Shown: one piece after another, positions 57,561 to 64,000 of the stretch
Layout of the letters: each line of letters starts with the position of its first letter
How positions within the stretch are numbered: position 1 is the first letter of the stretch
NCBI GenBank assembly: GCA_963668625.2
Contig: CAXXKA010000006.1
Location: 32,001 to 96,000 of the forward strand
Length of the DNA stretch: 64,000 bases
Direction: 5' to 3'
DNA from: an uncultured candidate division Zixibacteria bacterium
GTDB taxonomy: Bacteria; Zixibacteria; MSB-5A5; UBA10806; 4484-95
The notes under the pieces: model-generated
The model's database searches: none
What the model saw: only the letters and a program-made list of their open reading frames with translations
Told to the model about the DNA's origin: nothing
Translations under genes and position numbers: made by a program

Positions 57561-60503
57561 ATGCGAAATTCGTTTTATAGCTATCTATTAAAACTGACAG
57601 TGTTATTGGCTGTCATGATGATGTTTCCAGATATACTATCCGGGGATATTTCCGATGACGACTCGAATTCATTTTCCTCGCCGATTCATCTCGCAATAGC
57701 AAGAGCAGATTCGCTTTTGAACGGTAGAAAACTGGAAGCGGGGACGATCCTTATCGATTCTATCATGGCAAACGCCCGGGAGGAACTGCCGCCTGATGAT
57801 ACCACGCTTGCCTACGCCCTCAATGTACTCGGTAAGGCCGCATATTTCGCCTCGGATTATAAGAAATGTCGGAATGCATGGATGGAATCTTACGATATTC
57901 GTAGAAAAAATCTGGGCCTCGATCACGCTTTGACCGCCGCCAGTTTGAACAACCTGGGAGCGCTGGTAAAAACGGTCGGGGAATTTCATCGAGCCGAAAG
58001 CCTGTATACCGAGGTGCTGGCTATCAGGAAAAGAATTCAACCCCCCGATCATCCTGATTTTGCCGGCCTGTACACCAACCTTGGCAGTCTCAAACGTATA
58101 ACCGGTCAATTCGCCGAGGCCGAATCGTTATACCATCTGGCGTATGATATCAACCTGAAAACCGTTGGCGAAAAACATCCCGTAACCGCTGGATGTATGA
58201 ACAATATCGGCGTCTTATACGAGGAACAAGGGCGCTATGAACAAGCAGGGGAGTTTTACCGTAAGGCTCTGGATTCTTATATGGAAACGCTTGGCGAGAA
58301 ACATCCGCAAACAGCATCCAGCCTGAATAACCTGGGCAATCTGTATTATAACATGCATAATTATAACGCTGCCGAATCGCTTTACACGCTGGCATTGAAT
58401 ATCAGGCGCGAGTTATACGGCGAGGATCATCTGGCGCTGGCGTCTTCGTATAATAATCTGGCTATTGTCAGCATGGAAACCGGCGATTTTGTCGGGGCGG
58501 AATCGTACTATAATAAGGCGCTGCTAATTAAAAGCAGCAAATTACCGGCCGGTCATCCGCTTTTGGCCTCGAGTTACGATAACCTTGGAATCGTATATTA
58601 CTATATGAGTGAATATAAAAAGTCCGAGGAGATGCTTTTGATATCCCAGGATATTTATAACAAAACATACGGTGACTTTCATCCTTATTCGACCTCCAAC
58701 CTGACTAATATCGCTAAACTGTATGCGGCGATGGGAAAGTACCCCGAGGCATTCGATACTTTCAGCCGGGTATTCGATTCGAGGCAGAAATTCATCCGTG
58801 AGGTATTCGCTTATGCCGGTGAGGCCAATAAGTTGAAATATCTTCATAAATATCCCTTGATCGATAACGCCCTGCTCTCGCTGGCGGTAAAATTAAATTC
58901 CGCCGATATGAATGAGCTCGCGTTCAGGATGATACTGGAAGGCAAAGCGGCCGTTATCGATGCTATCTGCGCGGAGAAACAGATAGTGTTCAGTCAACCT
59001 ACTCCCGAGGCGGAGAATCAATTCGAAATCTGGCGCGATGCCTGTACCCGACTTTCGACAGTGGCTCTTTCCGGAATCGATTATCTCAGAACCGATATCT
59101 ACAAACACAAAGTCGACTCGCTTTTCGCAGTAAAGGACTCGATGGAATTACTCCTGAGTAAGAATTACGCCGAATTCGGAGATAAAACGGCCGGCGATAA
59201 TGTCGATCTTGACGATCTTGCATCGGCGCTGCTCGAGAATGAGGCATTGTGGGAGTTCGTGAAATATGATTATTATGATTTCGATAAGCCGGGTTCCGAT
59301 ACCGATAGGACGGGAGAGCCGAAATATCTCGCTGTCGTATATGATAATCGCGAAAAACTGCGTGTAGTTGATCTGGGAAGTTCGGATATTATAGACGGCG
59401 CTGTCGAGAAGATCAGGCAAAACATCTATGACGCGGATCAGTACATTTTCTCGTTCGGGGAGCAAGCCGCCGAGAAAATGTTCTTGGAGGGTGCGAACGA
59501 GCTTTATGGCATTTTGATCAACCCTCTAATTAGTATTGCGCCCGAGTTCAGCACGATAATCATTTCGCCCGATGGCGAATTGAATCTTATACCTTTCGAA
59601 ATACTGGCCGCCGATGATGATCACTATCTTATCGAAAACTATGACCTTAAATATGTTTCCTCGGGACGGGATATTTTGACGTTCGGTGATTTCCAAAATA
59701 ATATTACGGATATCCTGATCCTGGCTGATCCAAAATACGATTGCCGAATATCAGGAATCGATAAAGAACGAAATAAGTTTACCGAAAACGCGAGCGCGAG
59801 TGATAGCCGTGGCAGCCGAACTAATAATGGCTGCAATCTTCGAAATTTTACTCCTTTGCCGTACACCGGGGTAGAGGCCCGTGAAATTGTCAATTTGCTG
59901 GAAAAGTTAAAAATCGAAAACGTACGATACTTCTCCGATGATGACGCCTCGGAGACGGTTTTAAAAGAATATGCATTATCCCCCCAGGTACTTCATTTGG
60001 CCACTCATGGTTTTTTCTGCGAGGCCCGGACCGATAATAATCAATCGCTGATTCAAAACCCGCTTTTGCGCTCGGGATTGGCTTTGGCGGATGCCAATTG
60101 CATTAACGAACTGAGTTACGACAGGCTACGGACTTTAGGCGAGGATGGCATATTAACGGCGTTCGAGGCCAGTGGCCTGGATTTGTCACAAACGAGGCTG
60201 GTGGTGCTTTCGGCTTGCGAAACCGGACTTGGCGAGGTACAGAGCGGCGAGGGTGTGTTCGGCTTGCGTCGAGCGTTTCAGTATGCCGGTTCCGGGGCTA
60301 TCCTGATGAGTTTATGGAAAGTCGATGAGGCAGAAACCTCCGATTTGATGAGCGGTTTTTATGAAAACTGGTTGAGCGGTAATTCCAAAAGTAAATCTTT
60401 CCGCAAAGCGGCGCTCGATATCATGAACAAACGAAGAGATAATAGCGGCTGTGCCCACCCCTATTACTGGGGCGGCTTCGTACTTTTGGGAAATCCGAAT
60501 TAA
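57561..60503 (+). CDS. Exported TPR-CHAT (caspase-like) protease
   Basis: Signal peptide; multiple HP..A.SLNNLG TPRs; SPDGELNLIPFE, HLATHG (His), VLSACETG (Cys), SLWKV, HPYYWGGF. Confidence 0.92.
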   Translation: MRNSFYSYLLKLTVLLAVMMMFPDILSGDISDDDSNSFSSPIHLAIARADSLLNGRKLEAGTILIDSIMANAREELPPDDTTLAYALNVLGKAAYFASDYKKCRNAWMESYDIRRKNLGLDHALTAASLNNLGALVKTVGEFHRAESLYTEVLAIRKRIQPPDHPDFAGLYTNLGSLKRITGQFAEAESLYHLAYDINLKTVGEKHPVTAGCMNNIGVLYEEQGRYEQAGEFYRKALDSYMETLGEKHPQTASSLNNLGNLYYNMHNYNAAESLYTLALNIRRELYGEDHLALASSYNNLAIVSMETGDFVGAESYYNKALLIKSSKLPAGHPLLASSYDNLGIVYYYMSEYKKSEEMLLISQDIYNKTYGDFHPYSTSNLTNIAKLYAAMGKYPEAFDTFSRVFDSRQKFIREVFAYAGEANKLKYLHKYPLIDNALLSLAVKLNSADMNELAFRMILEGKAAVIDAICAEKQIVFSQPTPEAENQFEIWRDACTRLSTVALSGIDYLRTDIYKHKVDSLFAVKDSMELLLSKNYAEFGDKTAGDNVDLDDLASALLENEALWEFVKYDYYDFDKPGSDTDRTGEPKYLAVVYDNREKLRVVDLGSSDIIDGAVEKIRQNIYDADQYIFSFGEQAAEKMFLEGANELYGILINPLISIAPEFSTIIISPDGELNLIPFEILAADDDHYLIENYDLKYVSSGRDILTFGDFQNNITDILILADPKYDCRISGIDKERNKFTENASASDSRGSRTNNGCNLRNFTPLPYTGVEAREIVNLLEKLKIENVRYFSDDDASETVLKEYALSPQVLHLATHGFFCEARTDNNQSLIQNPLLRSGLALADANCINELSYDRLRTLGEDGILTAFEASGLDLSQTRLVVLSACETGLGEVQSGEGVFGLRRAFQYAGSGAILMSLWKVDEAETSDLMSGFYENWLSGNSKSKSFRKAALDIMNKRRDNSGCAHPYYWGGFVLLGNPN

Positions 60504-60643
60504 CCTGAATAACAGGCAAGTTTAAACGGAATAAAACATATATTCGGACTTCTGTATATTTAGCTCCTTCATTATTTTGGGCTTGCATTAACGGTTTTTT
60601 TTTTCTATTATTTCGACCTGAATTTAAAATAAGGGTGAATGCT

Positions 60644-61195
60644 ATGGTAATAATTCCAAAGAAGCTTTTTTTGACAAAAGGTGTCGGTACTCATAAAGAA
60701 AAATTGGCCTCCTTCGAGCTTGCTTTACGTTCAGCCGGAATTGCCGGCGTGAACCTGGTGCATGTGTCATCCATTTTTCCGCCCAATTGCCAGTTAATCA
60801 GCAGGGACGCGGGTTTGAAAAAACTACACCCCGGACAAATTGTATTTTCCGTGATGAGCAGAAGCGAAACACATGAGCCCAATCGTCTGATGTCAGCCTC
60901 CGTTGGACTGGCTATTCCTAACGATCGTACACAATACGGCTATTTGTCGGAACACCAGTCGTTCGGCCAAACCGGAAGAATCTCCGGCGATTATGCCGAG
61001 GATTTGGCGGCAGGGATGTTAGCCTCCACGCTCGGTATAGAATTCGATGTCGATAAATCTTACGATGAGAAAAAAGAGATATACAAGATTTCCGGTAAAA
61101 TAGTCCGAACTACTAATATCACCCAATCGGCCAGGGGCAACAAGGATGGCCTGTGGACAACCGTGGTGGCAGCGGCGATATTCCTGTCGGAGTAA
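60644..61195 (+). CDS. pdaD: Pyruvoyl-dependent arginine decarboxylase
   Basis: [22 protein letters not shown] (Ser-Ser autocleavage), [15 protein letters not shown]. Confidence 0.92.
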   Translation: MVIIPKKLFLTKGVGTHKEKLASFELALRSAGIAGVNLVHVSSIFPPNCQLISRDAGLKKLHPGQIVFSVMSRSETHEPNRLMSASVGLAIPNDRTQYGYLSEHQSFGQTGRISGDYAEDLAAGMLASTLGIEFDVDKSYDEKKEIYKISGKIVRTTNITQSARGNKDGLWTTVVAAAIFLSE

Positions 61196-61266
61196 CCGAT
61201 CGGATATTGTCTTTTAGTTGGAAATTATATCTTGATTAAACACACCTCTATCGCTAACTTGATCAC

Positions 61267-61992
61267 ATGAGACTACAGGTTTACGGTGATTTCGCGAACT
61301 ATTATGATTTCCTGGGCTGGAACAGGTTCGCCCGTATCTCAGCGGAGCGATTAAAGAATTTCGTCAAGTTCAGGGGAAATGGCGGCGAGACCGTTCTGGA
61401 TTTGGCCTGCGGAACCGGAGAACTGGAATATCTATTAGCCGATACGGAACTGAAATTTACCGGGGTGGATATATCACGCAAGATGCTTACCGAGGCGAGA
61501 CGCAAAACCAGCGGTGTAAAGTATATTTACGGTGATATCAGTGATGTCCGGCTGGGGAAGAAATTCGATCTGGCCGTTTGCTTTTTCGATAGTGTCAACC
61601 ACCTGAGCGGCATTACGGCAATCAAGAAAATGTTCAAGACCGTGAAAATGCATCTAAAACCGGGCGGCTATTTTCTTTTCGATATGCTGACGCCCGAGGG
61701 GTTGGAGCAGTGGGAGGCTATCGATATACGCCGGGATGATGATCACTACGTGATCGTTAACGGGCATTACGATCCCGATAAAATCACGGTCGATGTGATG
61801 ATCGAGGGATTCGTGGAAAAATCGAAAGATACGTATACCCGATTCTGCCAGCAGATCAGGGAATGCTCGTTGACACTGGATAAAGTTGCCGAATTGTTGA
61901 CTATCGCCGGTTTCGATGATATCTCGGTGACCTCGTTCGACCTGGAAGAACCGATCGAACATACCTCACGCTGGTATTTCGTGGTGGGTTGA
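61267..61992 (+). CDS. Class I SAM-dependent methyltransferase
   Basis: FANYYD, VLDLACGTG, GVDIS..ML, CFFDSVNH, LKPGGYFLFD. Confidence 0.9.
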   Translation: MRLQVYGDFANYYDFLGWNRFARISAERLKNFVKFRGNGGETVLDLACGTGELEYLLADTELKFTGVDISRKMLTEARRKTSGVKYIYGDISDVRLGKKFDLAVCFFDSVNHLSGITAIKKMFKTVKMHLKPGGYFLFDMLTPEGLEQWEAIDIRRDDDHYVIVNGHYDPDKITVDVMIEGFVEKSKDTYTRFCQQIRECSLTLDKVAELLTIAGFDDISVTSFDLEEPIEHTSRWYFVVG

Positions 61993-61993
61993 T

Positions 61994-62866
61994 ATGTATA
62001 GAAATATCCCTTACAATTTTTTGGCCTTGCCCGAGGAACTGTCATCCTACGACAGCGCCAGGGTTGCCGTGCTGCCGATACCTTACGATCTGACACTGTC
62101 GTACGGGGCGGGATCGCGCAACGGCCCGCAAGCGATCATAAATGCCAGCCGTCAGTTGGAAACCTACGATGATGATTCGGGCCGTGATGTAACCGAGATC
62201 GGCATTGCTACACTGCCTGAAATGGAGCAGGTGACGGCCTCGCCCGAGGCTATGAACGAAGTGATTCGCGTTGCCTGTGTCGAATTATGTCGAGCGGGTA
62301 AGTTCGTTTTAACCCTGGGGGGCGAACATTCGATAACCGCTGGCCTGGTAAAAGCACACGCCAAGATTCATGAAAATCTATCAGTAATTCAAATAGATGC
62401 TCACAGCGATTTGCGCGACAACTACCAGGGCAGTAAATATTCTCATGCCTGCGTTATGTCTCGCGTATCCGAACTGGCGCCTTTCATCGGGATTGGTGTC
62501 CGAAGTTTCAGCGGTTCCGAGAACGAGAAAAAACACGCTTCTAATTTTATTCGTCCCAAGGACTTGCGAAAAAATGCGAATATTTACGAAAAACAATTAG
62601 CTAACCTTTCGGAAAATGTTTATATCACGATTGACCTCGACGGACTGGATCCCTCGATTATGCCCTCGGTCGGCACCCCCGAACCCGGCGGCCTGACCTG
62701 GGATGAGGTGATGCGAATAGTCGAAATTACCGGCGAGAACAAGCGAATCGTAGGCGCTGATATAGTGGAGCTTTCGCCTCGGCCGGGACTTGAGTTCGCG
62801 GATTTTACCGCGGCCAAACTGGCGTATAAAGTGATAGCCGCAGCTTTCAAAAAGGAATTAGCATGA
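61994..62866 (+). CDS. speB: Agmatinase
   Basis: GGEHS, DAHSD, SHAC, DLDGLDPS, GTPEPGG, DIVE. Confidence 0.93.
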   Translation: MYRNIPYNFLALPEELSSYDSARVAVLPIPYDLTLSYGAGSRNGPQAIINASRQLETYDDDSGRDVTEIGIATLPEMEQVTASPEAMNEVIRVACVELCRAGKFVLTLGGEHSITAGLVKAHAKIHENLSVIQIDAHSDLRDNYQGSKYSHACVMSRVSELAPFIGIGVRSFSGSENEKKHASNFIRPKDLRKNANIYEKQLANLSENVYITIDLDGLDPSIMPSVGTPEPGGLTWDEVMRIVEITGENKRIVGADIVELSPRPGLEFADFTAAKLAYKVIAAAFKKELA

Positions 62867-63597
62867 ATTGGTGGAGCAGGTATTACGACGATAACTATTT
62901 GAATATATTTTCTTACACCGAGCAAAGCGCCGAGACCGAGGTCGAAGGCATTGTCAGGATGCTTAATCTCACTCCGCCCTCCCGGATTTTAGATCTCTGT
63001 TGCGGTTTCGGCCGTCATTCTCTAATACTTGCCGAACGCGGTTATGATGTAACCGGGCTGGATATATCGAAAGCTTTTCTGGATTACGCAAGCTCTAAAG
63101 CCGATCAACGGGGTATCAAATTAAAACTGGAACAGCGTGATATGCGCGATATCGAGCATGATAACGAATTCGACGCGGTTATCAACATATTCACCGCCTT
63201 CGGTTTTTTCGATAACGAACAGGAAGATCTGAAGGTTTTAGAAAGTGTCGTACAGGCGCTAAAACCCGAGGGCAAGTTCGTCATCGATACGTTAAACCGA
63301 GATTATGTCATTCATTCGGGTCAATACCAGACCTGGAAACAACGCAACGGCTCGACTGTATTAGAGGAGCGTTTTTTCGATTTCTTCAAATCTCGTCTCG
63401 AAATTTCGCATCACTTGATAGATATCGAAAAGGGTGATAGAAAACTCGAATCATCTTTCAGGCTTTATACGTTAACTGAGATGCTGGACATGTTCGATAA
63501 AGCCGGCTTGATGTTGACCGATGTATATGGTAACTTCGACGGCAGCCTGTATTCGGGACAATCGCCGCGAATGATACTCGTGGCTCGCCGCCGATAA
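62863..63597 (+). CDS. Class I SAM-dependent methyltransferase
   Basis: ILDLCCGFGRH, DMRD, FTAFGFF, LKPEGKF, RLYT; ATGA overlap with speB. Confidence 0.9.
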   Translation: MNWWSRYYDDNYLNIFSYTEQSAETEVEGIVRMLNLTPPSRILDLCCGFGRHSLILAERGYDVTGLDISKAFLDYASSKADQRGIKLKLEQRDMRDIEHDNEFDAVINIFTAFGFFDNEQEDLKVLESVVQALKPEGKFVIDTLNRDYVIHSGQYQTWKQRNGSTVLEERFFDFFKSRLEISHHLIDIEKGDRKLESSFRLYTLTEMLDMFDKAGLMLTDVYGNFDGSLYSGQSPRMILVARRR

Positions 63598-63661
63598 CTG
63601 GAAAACCAAATAACTTTTTACGATACCCGTACCAGGAATGGTTGCGGGGTTTTTGGCATTT

Positions 63662-64000
63662 ATGATATTACAGAATATTCTAAAAGATTTAGACGGCTTA
63701 AAACCATTCGAAAAGCTGATCGACAATATCGTATCGGGAAAGGTCGATTCGGGAGTAAGAGGGCTGGCCGGTTCCTCACAGGCAATGGCTATTGCCTATG
63801 CTGTTACCAGGCTTTCCCGACCCGTTCTGGTTATTGCTAATGATGTGGAGGAGGCCGAAAAGCTTTATGATGACCTTAAAGCTTTTCTCGGCGAGAGCAG
63901 GGTCTGGTATTTTCCCTCATGGGGTATTACTCCCTACGAGGTGAGAACTCCGCATACCGAGATCATCGGCAGGCGACTCATGACGTTATCCAATCTCCAT
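63662..64000 (+). CDS. mfd: Transcription-repair coupling factor, N-terminus (runs off the window)
   Basis: Hand translation: MILQNILK...GLAGSSQAM...RPVLVIANDVEEAEKLYDDLKAFL...FPSWGITPYE...EIIGRRL. Confidence 0.8.
   Translation, partial: MILQNILKDLDGLKPFEKLIDNIVSGKVDSGVRGLAGSSQAMAIAYAVTRLSRPVLVIANDVEEAEKLYDDLKAFLGESRVWYFPSWGITPYEVRTPHTEIIGRRLMTLSNLH

Noticed and set aside
56336-60503. Type III-E CRISPR (Craspase) locus
   Set aside because: No Cas7-11, Csx30/31 or CRISPR array in the window, and the CHAT protein appears to be exported.

Overview
Bacterial chromosomal segment of about 50 genes. Four secreted proteins end in a YPNPFN-type (T9SS/FlgD-like) sorting domain and one ends in a dockerin-like domain, which points to an FCB-related lineage such as candidate Zixibacteria (inference only). 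Housekeeping and metabolic genes include ggt, a thioredoxin, MoxR, GH57, nadC-birA, murQ, an MltC-like transglycosylase, arginine decarboxylase/agmatinase, the start of mfd and tRNA-Lys(CTT). Signalling and surface genes include a histidine kinase/response regulator pair, a HEAT plus HD-GYP pair, type IV minor pilins and an ECF/anti-sigma/TPR-CHAT trio. Highlights: (1) a complete IS110 element inserted exactly into a Shine-Dalgarno GGAG, with a reconstructable circle-junction promoter and a putative bridge RNA carrying an SD-matching segment; (2) an AT-rich TIGR04255 / antitoxin-like / HEPN cassette that looks like an undescribed toxin-antitoxin-chaperone system; (3) three families of small non-autonomous elements, partly nested (a 148-bp MITE, IS200/IS605-like elements always 3' of TTGAT, and REPIN-like repeats flanking a two-gene cassette); (4) an unannotated 36-aa very basic protein with its own RBS and terminator; (5) a polyamine operon interleaved with two methyltransferases. 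No CRISPR array was seen. All calls come from reading motifs by eye; no database searches were run.
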